Assembly (NCBI GenBank): GCA_028534125.1
Contig: CM052816.1
Coordinates: 13,518,001-13,578,000, forward strand
From: Lama glama
Taxonomy: Eukaryota
Reading direction: 5' to 3'
Length of the DNA: 60,000 nt
The notes under the pieces were generated by a model. That model was not told where the DNA came from. It worked only from the letters and a program-made list of their open reading frames with translations, and ran no database searches. The position numbers and the translations under genes are program-made. Positions 36,661 through 49,635 of this stretch are shown piece after piece (position 1 is the stretch's first letter; the number at the start of each line of letters is the position of its first letter).

Positions 36661-38779
36661 AGTGGAAGCATGTCACTTTTCATGTAGTGTAGTTTTCCGT
36701 TCTGGATGCATGGATAGGTAAAGTGGTCACCAAACGGGAGGAGAGTTGCTGAGGGGCTGGGCTGTGTACTCAAAATGACCTCTCAAATTTCAACTGATGT
36801 AAACCCTCTGAAAGTAGATGAGTTATTTAAGCTTCTGGTCCTCAGCTTTTTCATCTTTTGTGAGGACAGACAGGTTAAATAAAGAAATGAATGGCTTACT
36901 CTGACCACTTCCTTCCTTCCCGCATCAGTACAAAGCGGAATCACCACCAAGCCGTACAGCCCCAAGAGTGGGTCCGAGAGAAAGGAAAAACCAAAGCTGT
37001 GCAAGCCAAGACATGGGGCACAGGAGACCAAACCAAGTGTCAGGTTTCCTGGACACTTTCAGAAATCCTTTGTTTGCGCACTGAGGCATTCCAAGCTCTG
37101 TGCTCTGTGTGGCTTGAACCAGGGGCTGGCTGGTGCTCTCACATCACACTAACTGGGCCATCTAAACAGTCAGACAAGCCTGAGGGTCGAGAAGACCCTA
37201 GAAAACAAAAGGACTCTCCTCTAGAATTCCGTGCTATCCAACAGACCTCACTCACCCACAGGGGCCCACTTTCTGAGAAATCACTGGCCTGACTCCAAAT
37301 TCTTAGTACTCAGGAAACCCAGAAATGATGCAAGAAGAGGCCACAGCACCAAGTTTGAACAGAAGGGCTCTTTCCATACCATGGGTTGACTGATGACAGA
37401 TAGTCTGAAAAAATGACACTTTGGGACACACCCCAAAGTTACCCCATACGTGCACCCTGGGAATTCTAACAGACCTCAGACCTCTCCTTCTCCAAGGCAG
37501 GGGAGCCACCCTACTGAGTTCCATGGACATTAGAAGGGACTCCCACCTTCCTCAAGCTGGATTTAACAGGTTATTTTCCTAGTCTGAAAAATTTTCTCCA
37601 GGAAACTTATTCAACTTCCCTTTGACCAAAAAAATGTCTCAAATTTTTTATGGGAGACATGGAATTTGCTGGAAGTGCTAGGTGTGTGCATGAAAACGAG
37701 AGAATGAGAGGTAATGAAGTTACTGCCGCATTTCCAGCCTGGCCGGACACAGGAGGCTGTCTGGGGTCGCTGCAAGCGGGACACCATTTTATGGACACTT
37801 CCCGGGGCATGTTCTCACCACAGAAATTTACTCAATTTCCCTGTGTGATTCGCTCTTTAAAGCCTAACCTGCCTCGCTCATTCTGAGTTTAATCAATTTC
37901 AGCACCATTAAAAGCCATGAAGCAAAACACCCACGTTGAATTGAACACAAAATCCCATCTGGAGAAGAGCTTTCCAGTTGGCTCACATGCTCCAAGGGGT
38001 GCACACTCTTTCTCCTCATCTTGTGAAGCCCAGAGTTGCTCCCTGGCTGTGGTCCCTGCAAAACTGTCCTCATAAAGCTTCCGGGGGACCCGTGAAAGGT
38101 GTGAATTCGCCACTTTGGGAACTACCCACAGCCAGTTTTTAATCCCAGATCAGCTCCCTAACCCCATGCCCCAACCCACTCCACTGCCAACTGCCCTACA
38201 GTTTGCTCCCCGCTGATAGGTGTTCAAGGAATATGATGATCACCTTTAATGTTACCTAAAGTCACACAGACAGAAGTGGTAGGGACTGGAAAGATAATAA
38301 TGAGCTTTACAGCCAGACAGGCTTGGCTGAGAACACTGTCTCTAGCTGGATATGATCTTAGGTGAGGTGCTTCCTCTTCCTCATCTGTGTAGTGGGGCTA
38401 ATCTAAGCTTTTCAAGGGTCAAAGGAAATGTGGAGCAAATGAAACTTATTCAATATTCAATAAACGGTCACTACCAGGATTACAATATTAGGATGGCGGG
38501 ACTACATCCTAAGATTTGAATCAAATTTTCCAGTTGATGAAATACTCTTCGTACCCAAGTTTGTGTTAACCTTACAATAATCCCATGGGGTAGATATTGT
38601 TACTATTCTTACTAATAACTTCTTGCTGTGTTTCCACACTGATGACTATAATGAAGGATAATACATTACCATTTAGAGAATAAATTAATAAATTAGAGCT
38701 TATTTGATTTTCCGAATTAAGCTTTTATAATGAGAAAAGCCAGGCTCACGATGTTAAGTAGTACCAATAATGATGACAA

Positions 38780-39092
38780 CAGAAGCTAACACTTACTGAG
38801 CAGATGGTGTTGTTCTGGGCTAAGCACTTAAATACATCTTATCGTCACCACCATCTTCATCATCATCATCCCCATCATCATCACCACCATCACCATGATC
38901 ACCACCATCATCATCATCACCATCACCATCATCACCACCACCATCATCATCACCACCACCACCATCATCATCATCACTGTCCCTGTGTTGCAGGGAGGAA
39001 ACCCTGGTTCAAACAAGGTTAAGGATCTTGTGCAGGACTATCGTGTGAGTGAGCAGTGGAAGCAGGATTCTGACTCGGGCTGACTCCAGACC
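38780..39092 (-). mobile_element. MIR SINE interrupted by a trinucleotide repeat
   Basis: gctaacacttactgagc...ctaagcactt on the left; tgcagggaggaaacc...aaggttaaggatcttg...ggattctgactc...gactccaga on the right. Confidence 0.7.
38843..38977. repeat. Imperfect (CAT/CAC)n trinucleotide repeat, ~45 units
   Basis: Read directly; produces the spurious poly-His ORF. Confidence 0.95.
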
Positions 39093-39829
39093 TCATCTTC
39101 TTCTATTCTCTGCCCTTCTGCTGAAGTTCACATGATTAGTCAGAAAAGGATCAGGACTGAGGTCCCATTTTATGGTACACGCCCTTTCTACTCCAGGAGC
39201 AGTTCCCAAATCTTGTGGACCACAGATTCAGGGGCATGCTTGTTGGAATGTAGATTCTGGGTGCCCTCCAGAGGTTGTCTCAGGAGGTGTAAGAATCACA
39301 CATGGAATAACACTGGATTATACACCAAGTAATTACAACTATCACCACTGAAGACAAATAGAAATAATTACTGACTGTCAATTAGTGTACTGACTGTCAA
39401 TTCCACATTCCCGATCTGATGGTAATGATTCACTCGTGTTATGTATTTCAATATGTAATGCTGGTTCATGTCACTGGGGGACAGAGAATGATTCCATGTA
39501 GTTCTCAAATAAATATTTGTAATAGTTGTACACTTATTTTAATCAGTATTGGAAATTGACTGGTTTATCACATATAGCATGATGTATATTTTAAGATAAA
39601 TTTAGTTTAAAAAGAATGAAGTGATTTTTTAAAAAACTGTAAGTAAATAGTAATACAGGTGTTATATGTGTACGTAAAATAATCATGAAGGTGACAGACA
39701 AATAACACGTTCGGGAGCTGCTGTCCTAACTGGTCCTAGACTTCAACCTGGCTGAGAGGACAGGAGGGGAGGGTACCACATTCTACCAGCAGGATGTCCT
39801 GTTTCAGTACAGTCATCTCTGATCCCTTG

Positions 39830-40545
39830 CTCTCTCTCACACCCCACACCCAATCCATTAGCAACTCCCATCAGCAATAACTTAAAAACACATCTAGAAT
39901 CCAACTACCTCTCACCATCTCCCTTGCTAATACCTTGGTCCACGCCACTGTCACCTTTTGCCTGGGCTGCTCCAATAGCCTCTTGACTATTTCTACTTTT
40001 GCCCCCTACAGTTTATTCTCCACTGCAGCTGGAGTCACCTTTTAAAAATACACACTGGCTCAGGTCACCCCCCTGATCACAACCCTCCAGGGACTTCTCC
40101 TGACACTGGGAACACAAGCCAACCTCCTGATCATGGTCTCATGTGGTCGAGCCCACCTGACCACTCTCCCTCGGGCCTCTGCCCATCCAGTCACAAGGGT
40201 CCCTCCTGAGACACCTTGATCACAGCTCAGGGGCCTCTGCATGTGCTGGTTCCCCTGCCAGCTCCTCACTCCCTCCATTTGCTCACATTTCTCCCCAGAT
40301 GTCGCCTCTTCAGAGAAGCCTTCTCTGCCCCATAGCTAAAACATCCACCCCTCCCCTTGTTCCTCTCTGTCCCTTTGCTCTTATTTCTCCATAGTCCTTC
40401 TCTCCTGGAAGCTTCCCTTTGCTGACTGGCTTGCTGCTCGCTGTCTGCTCCTCTCAACAGCACAACTCCAAGAGCAGGGACTTGACCTGCCCTGTTCATT
40501 GCACTCACTTCAATACCTATTTCCCGAATGAAGCAACAAATGCAA
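39830..40545 (+). mobile_element. L2 3' region
   Basis: ccaatccattagcaa...ctccaatagcctc...ctccaagagcagggacttg...gaatgaa end. Confidence 0.8.
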
Positions 40546-41704
40546 CCCACATTTTCACCAGCAGAGACACCACCAGGAACCAACAGGTAAAGAAGTCCCC
40601 ACACTCTGGGAACCTCCACTGGGAAGAAGCTGGCTGAACACTGGACCTCCTAGGGTTCCAGGACTCTGCAATGGGAAGCACAGGGCACACAGGACTGACA
40701 GGGGTCTCATTCACCCCCTTCCCAACCGCTAAGCATGAACACTACTCAACAGAATTTTCTTCACGAGCCAACCATATACACAGGAACCTAGCTTCTTCTT
40801 CGTGGCTTCTGGGGACACACCTAGAGGAAAATAAGCTGAAAGGGACATACAGAAATTAAAACAGGGAGCAAGAAAAGAGATGAAACCCCTGCCTGGCCTG
40901 GAATAAACCTGCCAGCTCTCAGCTTGAGTCAAGGGAGGCTTGAAGAGAGCTATAAAGTGTCCCGATTCTCAGCCAGACTCACACAGCCCAAGTGGCAGTG
41001 TCTGGGCTCTTTGCACAGTTCAGGCTGAGGACTGCAGAGCAGCTTGGGAGGAAGAGTGTTTCCTTGTGAGTTTTCACATCTGCAATTGCCCAGTCCACCC
41101 TCAAATCCCAAATCAGGGCAGCAGTGAAGGAGCAAGGCTTCGCACACGCCTCGGTAATGCCAGCCACCTTAATCAGGACCATTTGTCTCCTACCCGGGAA
41201 TCTAGACATCTCGAGAATGAACTGCCGTCCAGTGGCCTCAATTCCTTCCTGCCTGGAGGCCTGGGTGGCTGTGCACTGATTTCTCAACCAAAAGAGATCA
41301 CTGCCAGCTTTCCGAAAATGGAAGCGTTTCAAGCAGAGAACCAATTGCCTCTGTCCATCGAGATCTCTTCCCTGCCTTTATCCACATGTCCTCCCACCTT
41401 GATCTGCCCTAGGAATGGTTTAGATAACTTATGGTCACGACCAACTCTGAGAGGGTAAAGGGCAGGGAAAGAGATGACATTCAGAATCCGAGGCCTAAGA
41501 TTTGGCCCTGGAGGCACCACTAAGCTGGGCAACGTGGGCACAGATCACCTCTCTGACTCTTTTCATCTGTAAGATCAGGTGCAGTGCAAATTCAACAAAT
41601 CAACACCCATGAAGGCACTCTGAGGAACTCAAAAGGAAACTTGTCCAGTGTCAAGTTTTTCTATAACGATCCTCTGGTTGTGGATATGATGGTGTTACTG
41701 ACAA

Positions 41705-41948
41705 TAACAGCAGAGGGCAACATTGAATGACTGCTTAAGAGTTCCAGGCCCCACTGACTTAAGAATTTCCATTCTAATCCCATTTGACCCTCTCAACAAA
41801 CTAATGATGCGGGCAGAAAAACTATCCTCATTTTACAGGTAAATAAACTGAGGCCTGGGGAAATTAATTTCCCAAGGTCACACACCCAGGAAGCCAGCAG
41901 CGCATGTGGGTGATAATACTCCAGAGCCAGCGTTCCCAGTCACTACTC
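41705..41948 (-). mobile_element. MIR SINE
   Basis: tatcctcattttacaggtaaataaactgaggc...cccaaggtcacaca. Confidence 0.8.
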
Positions 41949-42079
41949 AACACTCCCCCAACTGCAGCCAACAGCGCTTGGTAGCCTCTGCTAAATCTTA
42001 CATGCCGAATGGGAGCCGCACACTCTGAGCACTGATCAGGGTGCGGAGGAATGATCTTGAGGAACCAGTTTGCACTTAG

Positions 42080-42215
42080 AATGAAACCTCAGTTTTCTCA
42101 TCTGTAAATGGGGTCAACACTACCACCAATCTCAAATGGTTCTTATAAAGATCAAATGACACAACGTATGTCAAACGCTGGGCACATTGCCCATTACACA
42201 GTATGTGCTAATGAT
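42080..42215 (+). mobile_element. MIR SINE
   Basis: cctcagttttctcatctgtaaatgggg...aagatcaaatga. Confidence 0.8.
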
Positions 42216-44232
42216 AATTAATAATATCATTAATGATAATGCTCATCATTAATCAAGAGCACGCACTTGGTTGCAGTGGTGAAGTTTTTTTCCTCTCTGT
42301 CTCAACAGCCCCTCGCACTGAGCTTTAGGAGTTAAAGATGTCACCGTGAACCTGCTCACTGTTACCTGGCTGAAGCCCAAAGTTGAGATGCCAAAGGGCA
42401 GCTCGCACCTGCCAGGCCAAGGCCTGCTGTCTGTCCAGAGCCCACGCTGCTGACGGGAAGGGGAATGTCAGGCCACAGCAAAGTCACACATTGGCTGCAA
42501 ATGCCAGTCTAAAGTTGGCTAAGAGAGAGGATGGATTTGTGAAGTGTCATTTAGGACAAGCAGAAAGGCTCCAACTGTCCAGGCACGTCCCAGAAGCACC
42601 TCTGCCAGCCATGTCCTTGGCGGATGGAGGAAGGGCTCACCAAACAAAAGGGATGGGAACCCTAAAAACAGCATCTCTGAGAAGACAGCCTGTTCCTTTT
42701 TCTTCCTCTCTTGCTAGTCCCCAGCCAGGACTATGCTCAAGCTGGGGTGTCAATGCTCAACTAAATATCATCTGAACTCCGCATGGACCACAGCAACCCA
42801 CCAGGCCTTGCGCAAGGCTCATAAGGAAGAGTGGGGAGCAGAAAGTCAGCAGCTGAGTGAGACGGAATGAGGCCATCTCGCCCGACTGCGGCTCAGGAGA
42901 CCAAAGTGGTGGCGACGGACACCTGCCATGGAGGGGAAGGGAGAAAGAAAAAGGGCCGAGAGGGCTTCCGGGGCAGCGGGGAGGAAACACAGGCAAGGGA
43001 GGGAGCACGCGCCTGGCTTCTATCAGCCCTGGCGTGGCAGGCGCGGGAGCAAAGCGGGAGGGGAAGGTGCACTCAGCTGACAGCTATGCCCACTAAGGCC
43101 GTCCATCCTTCTCAGGTTTAAAAGGGGGAAATGTTCTATTTATAAGCCACTGACCAGTGGGGACCTGGCAGCCACCGGATGGCTCTGATCCCACAGGGAT
43201 ACTGGTTACCAGTGGCTGCCTTCTCCAGCCTCTCAAGTGTGGGTGTTCTCACAGCAAAAGGCCGAAGGTGACTGGAAGCAAAAGGAAGATAAGTCCTCCT
43301 TCCTGCCCTTCGCTGCTTTCGGGAGCCCGCCAGACTCTGAGTGGCAGCTGGAGGCTTCAGAACCCTTTACAAACAATGACTCCTGTGATCCCGCCAAGCC
43401 TTCCCCTGCGAGCTTCAAGACGAAAGCTCTTTTTCTGTTTTTCAGATCAAGGGAAGCTGAGGCACAGAGACGAAGGGAGTGGAGAAAGCGGAGGCAGGAC
43501 ACTGCGTAAACAGAGCACAGGTAACGATGCCCTTCCCAGCTCCTCTCCTGGTCCCCAACCTCGTCCTCATAAAATAAAAGAGCCTTGACACAGCACCATC
43601 AGGGAGTCTGATCTGAAAAACTGCCAAAAGAACGGGTGTACGCAACGGAAACGACACATAGGGCAGGTCTGGCTGTGCTGCCAAACGCCCCTGGGAGAGG
43701 AGTGGGTCACATTACAGCTCTGCCCCTGGGAAGCTCGAGTCACTGGAACATGCGATTCCTGCTCTCCCAGCATCATCCTTGACGTGCAAGGAGCCACCGA
43801 TGATTTCAGGAGAAGGCTCACTAAGAAGGGACCTGGAACGGCCCCTCAACGGCAAGGGGCCGGACGCGTTAGGTGCTGAAGGCTGATGATCAAACTCCGT
43901 CCAGCCCCAGTGGGCTGGACACATGCCGACAGGACAGCAGGGCGGAGCAAGGATTTCATGCAGATCAAGAATAGCTGGAGGAAAAGACCCTGGCAATCAG
44001 GCAGACTGGTCTGAACATCAGCTCCGCTACTCCTCAGCTCTGGGGCCCTGACTTCTTCAAGCCTGTTTGCTCACTTGCAAACTGGTAACTCACTCGTTCT
44101 GAAAAGCACTTCTGCAAAAGGCACCCACTCAGGGACCACGCTCGCGCTCCCTGCCGTAACTTCATGCTGTCTTGAATAGCCTAATATTTAAAAACTCAGC
44201 CTTGTATTACACTTAAGAGTTAACGAACTTAC

Positions 44233-44405
44233 AGCCCTTGGGGCAATTTCACCATGGCCTGTTTGTAAATAAAGTTTTATTAGTAAACACCCACCCCCAC
44301 TTGTTTCCACATTGTAACTTTCACACACCACAGCAGAGGTAGACAGTACTGCAAAACCGAAAATGTTTACTATCTGGCCCTTTACTGAAAAAGCTGGCTC
44401 TGGTG
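44233..44405 (+). mobile_element. MER58A-like hAT-Charlie MITE
   Basis: gcctgtttgtaaataaagttttatt...aaaatgtttactatctggccctttactgaaaaag. Confidence 0.82.
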
Positions 44406-46899
44406 CCGAACAATAACATTCAGAAAACCAGAGGGGGTTGTATTTACTTGCGGTTTTCCCCCAGCGCACATTCAAATAAATCTAAATGGCAACTGAAAAT
44501 GTCTGTCTGCTGCTCCCAGAATGATCTCGGGTCCCGCCAGCAGTGCGCATACCCCACTTTGAGAAATGCAGCCCTGAGGATTCAATGAGCCAACACAGGG
44601 TGTCAGGACGGAAACAGCAGGGGTGCTGGCTGCTGCCCCTCATTCTCCTCCCCTGCTCCTCTAAAAAAGCAGCTCTGCCAATCCAGTGAGCTCTTATCCT
44701 CTCATGGAAGAGTAACTGGCAGGACCAGATGACAAGAAGGCACTTCTACTTGGTGAACTTAAATCCCCATAGCAAGGCGTTCTGGTTTATCCCCATTTTA
44801 CAGATAAGGAAACAGAAGCTTAGAGAGGTCCATCCAGCATGGATCCATGGTTCCACGGCCAGTGTGCCCACCAGATAATCTACACCATTCACACTGTCCC
44901 CTCCACGGAAACAGCTCTCCCCAGTCCACATGCAGGACCCGCCCAGAGGAAGCTGAAATACGTACAAAGACTGATGGTGCACAAGGATGCTCAGCCTGAT
45001 GTTGGTCGTAAAAACAGAACTCTAGAAATGGTTCGACAAATTAGGATATAATCTTAGGACATAATATTCAATAACCATTACAAATAATTATAAACAATTT
45101 TCATCATTTGGAAAAAAATGCTTGTAAATTTTTTAAATACTCCTAAGACATCATGGGAAAAAAGGCAAGGAAGAAGTATCTCCAGGGATGATATTATTAT
45201 ATTAAATTTTTGAAAATCATTTCTGTATTTCCTTTATGTTCCACAATGAGTGCCTATTATTTTTATAATAAGCAAAATTACAAGTTTGAAAAAAAATACA
45301 AGTTTGTCAACCTCCTTAGGAGTGAGGTTCAGGGATTCAATGCCTACACCGTACAGATAACTACATCCTGATTCTGACTTTGCCATCTTTCTCCAATCAC
45401 CGCTCTGCCCCTGTCTCCAGTATGAATGACACGTTAGCCAACTGCACGGGTTCGTGAGCATTACACAAATACAGAGGATTCTTGTCAAAGGAATGGGTTA
45501 AAAACCAACTGAAAGGAATGAAGGGATTAAGATGGGGAAGCAATGAAGTATTTTGATTTCCTTATTCTGGGGAGAAGGGAAGGAGGAAGTTTCTATTTTT
45601 TTAAAGTCTTTCCAGCCTAGACGGAAGCCCATCTGTCCGGACCCTGGTGCATCGGCAGAGGGCACGGACATTACACACCCACACGCGTACGAGGGGCCAT
45701 GTGTCTACCATCTCCCGAAAGTCTCCACTTCATCAGCACGTCGTATACTCAAATGCAGAGTCATAAGGTCTGCTTCTGGGTGTCCTTACCCCTCACTACT
45801 CATGTCCCCCAGGGCCCTTAAGAATTTTGAGAGGTATTAATTCATGAAGAGCTCCAGGATGTCTGGACTCCTGCAGTTAAGTCTAGGGAACGGTTCAGGT
45901 CAGAGACACAGGAACATGTAAAACTAGAGTGGAATGCAGAGACCCATGTCCTTGTGAAAAGTCAGCTGGGGCCAGAAATTCAGGAGAATGCACGTCTGGA
46001 GCAACTCAGGCCCGTTCCTTTGAAGTGATCTGACTGAGCTAAGGAATTCGAGTTAAAAACTCATATTCAGGAAAGCAGCCCTCTGAAGTCAAGAATAGGA
46101 GATAGCCCTCTCTGTCTCAGTCTGTCGATCCTCAGACAGCTGGCGAAGCAGTGGGAAAGCAGCATTTCTCTAATCATCTCAGAGCTAAGTAGGCAGCGAC
46201 ATTTATTACTCAAAACTTCAAACCTGGTGAAGCCCAGCTCACACTAGAAGAGCCTGCCTTCCCCTGACTCTCCTGTGCTGGGCTGTGTATGCTCTCTGAC
46301 AAGTCCCCAGCTTTCCAGCTGTCCCGCAGGTGGGACTCCAGGACTCCAGCAGCCTGGGCTGACAACAGACCCCTGCTCGGCTCCCCTCTAGCATCTGATC
46401 TGGGCTCGTTTCAAAGGAGCACGTACCAATCCTCACAGAGCCTTTGGGGAGTAAATCTCACAACTTCAGTCAAACATAAGGCAAGCAACGGGACACAGAC
46501 CCAGGAGACATGCAGGAAGGTGGCAAAGGGTCAGATGGGTTGAGGAGGCGCTCCTGCCCTGGGCAGGGAGGGTCCTGTTCTCTGTAATAATAAAGGGAGA
46601 AAAGCAACGGCGCTCAGCTGCTGTCTGGATGACTGACACTGGGGTGTGATCACTCCCCAGTGAAGCCACGCAGGGAACAATAAACCACACTTCCTTCTCA
46701 GTATCCTTCTCCTATCTTTCCTCATCCATCTTCTACTGGGCAAGCATTTAACCAACTAGAGAAAACAGCGTCATGGACGTATATTCCTGACATTCCAGGA
46801 ACAGACCCAGGGAAGGTTCCTGACTGCAGCAGGATCCATGCAGAGAGGCCCAGAGGACTGCCAAAAGTAGCCGGCTGGCCTGTGAATTTAGTATTTAAG

Positions 46900-48420
46900 G
46901 ATTAACATAACTGAGAATACACAAGGCTGCTAGGCAGAAAACTAACGCTCTAATAAAGGTCTGATTATGTGGGAAGACACTCGAAGCTCTTGGAAGAGGT
47001 GACTTAGTTTTATCAGAGTATCAATTTTCTGTAAATTCAGCTGTACAATTCCATGCAATCCTAAACGAAAACTTTCAGTTTTTGAAGAATTTGTCAAACT
47101 TATGCTAGAATTTATATAGAAGGATAAAGGTCTACCAGCAGCTAAGTCAACCCTTAAAAAAAGGGAGTAAAGAGAGGGGACTTAAACTACCAGATATTAA
47201 GACTTGCCTCAAAGTCATCATATTAAAACCAGCGGTTTTAGCACAAGAACAGACAGACCAAAGAAATAAAGAGCTCAGAGACAGAGCTCAGAGGTGCAAA
47301 TCTAATACACAATAAAGTGGGTATCACGAGTCAAAGAGGGAGAGAAGGGATAATTTGGTAGTTATTATTGGAAAAGCTGGCTTTTCATGGGGATAAAAAT
47401 AAAAATGAATCTTCATGAAGTATCATATACAACGGGAGAGTAGAAACCTAAATGTGAAAGACAAAAATCATGAAGTCCGTGAAAGAAAATATGGGCGCAC
47501 ATATTCGTGGCATGGGTCAGCAAGGCCTTCCTTAAAACACAACCTGAAAATCATAAACCAGAAGGCCAAAAAAAATTGACTATATAAAAAAGAAAAGCTT
47601 TACACTCAAGGAAGCACATCATGCATAGTATTAATTGATGGCAAAAGGGGAAGATGGATTTAAAATATTTACAATTAACCAGGAATGACTATCTAGAATA
47701 TAGAAGGAACTTCACAATCAACAAGAAGAAATGGTACCTGCAATAGAAAAACGAGCAAAGGACAAGAACAGGCAAAAACCAAAAGAGGACAACCAGTAAT
47801 CAGGCACATGAAGAGATGCTCAAACTCATTAATTATCAGAGAAATGCAAATTAAGACAACGATGAGCTACCATTTTATACCATTTAGATTGGCAAAAATT
47901 AGGAAGCTGAATAATGGCAAGAGTTCACAGGAATGGAGACAGCCTCCTGTCGGGTTAGGGGGACTGGGGATGGACCACTCTATGCCACAACATGAGAGCC
48001 CTCCCTCAAATGAAGTGACCGCAAACCCTCTGACTGACCAGCAATTCCCCTCCAGAGGCAACCCCAAGGAAACCCTCACACACAGGAACATGTACAAAGA
48101 TGTTCACTGGGGTCTTGTTAGTGGTGAGGAGGAGATGGAGGCACGCAGAGCTGGAGAGCATCTCCGCCCAGGCTTACACTCCATGGAGTGAGCAGCAGAC
48201 AGATGCCACAGTCTGGAAACAGACAGGGGAAAGTGGGCGGCTCCTAATATGATGCTGGGGGAGCACAGGAGGAAATAGAACAAGACATAGAACCATTTAT
48301 ACAACTTTAACACACAGGTAGATAAAAGATACACATTGCCCAAGAATACACTGTAAGAGCACACATTAGAATGGCAGTCTGTAGCAGAAGACAGGAACAG
48401 GAGTTGGGAAAAGAATTAAA
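46900..48420 (+). mobile_element. Ancient L1 ORF2/3'UTR remnant
   Basis: ORF 47808.. gives [23 protein letters not shown], matching the L1 ORF2 C-terminus; upstream ctaccagatattaagact and aacctaaatgtgaaag. Confidence 0.82.
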
Positions 48421-49449
48421 AGGGAATGAGTGAATAAATGAATGAACGAAGGGAGGGAGGGAGGGGCCTGTGATGATCATGTGCCACGAGCTGAGGAGTA
48501 GGATTAATTCACTTTCTCGGTGCCTGAGAGACCAGAGAAGAAAGGAGGGGGGACATGGCTCTGCAAAATGCGCATGTATTTACCTGCCACCATCCTCTCC
48601 CTGGCAACTGGCCCATCTGGAAAATAGCAGCAGTGCCAGACATTATTCATGGCCCTGTCCTACACCCCACAGGCACTGTATGCCCCGAAATTTTAAGATA
48701 AAAGTAACAAATTCAGAAGTGTCCCTAAAGGAATTCCCTTTTGTGACCCATCCCTTCAAAACATTCAGGGTCTGCGATAACATGTTGGCATTCAAATTCC
48801 CACCAAAATGGTTTCTAGAAAGGAAAATGCTAGACATTTGGAATTTGGCTATTAATGGTGAAAAGCACAATGTTCCACTCTTAAATTCATATCAGACTGA
48901 TTTCTTACCTTTAAAAAAAAAAGAGTTTCGACTGCCCTATAAACAGTTGCAGAACAATCAGATCCTGGGCAATAGCGCCACCTGTGGCGGACAAGCGCTA
49001 TGGGCGGTGTGCGGTGAAACCGCAAATCACGGCCACCAGGAATAGGAAGGGAACAACCCACGTCGGAGGGGAGGGGAAGCAGGCTAAGGCTTGTGTGCTG
49101 AGAAAAGCGGGTCCTAATGCCAAAGGAGGGGAGCAAACAGCAACCCAGAGCATTACTCTGGTTTTGCCGGCTCAGAAATAAGTGAACAGAACATCTTTTA
49201 GAATAATAACTCTAGGAAAATGATTTCTATCCAAAGTACTCCTGGAAAAGTGGCCAACATGTTCAGCCCATCTTTTTCTTTCCCACTTCCTAAATGAAAG
49301 GATAAGCAATTGAAGAATCATTAAAGATTTGAGGCAGCCAACTCTGTGTACAGGATGCCAAAGGCAAAATGCTGCAAGTGTCTCTGTTTCCCAAGATGGG
49401 TCTTTCTGTATTGTTCTTTTCCTAGGGACATGGAATATCCTCGTGGTTA

Positions 49450-49635
49450 ACGGTAGAGATGTTACACAGAACTCAGATTAAATCATGGCCCCCGAGTTTA
49501 TTAACTTCAGTTTCCTAATCTACAAAGTAGGTCAAAAGCCCCTACCTCACACAGCACTGCAAGTATTAAGTAAACTAACGTACATAAAACATCCCGAAAC
49601 ACAGTAAGTGGCCAATAAATGCTATCTATTAATAG
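49450..49635 (+). mobile_element. MIR SINE
   Basis: cttcagtttcctaatctacaaa...cctacctcaca...caataaatgctatctatt. Confidence 0.72.

Noticed and set aside
38804..39022. Poly-histidine ORF (72 aa)
   Set aside because: Translation of a CAT/CAC microsatellite inside a MIR; no gene structure.
39369..39402. 15-bp direct repeat tactgactgtcaatt x2 (similar micro-duplications near 33530, 47270 and 55595)
   Set aside because: Ordinary slippage duplications, mostly within old repeats.
47808..48191. 127-aa ORF (likewise 16625..16924, 33339..33536 and 17621..17821)
   Set aside because: Degenerate L1 ORF2 C-terminal remnants.
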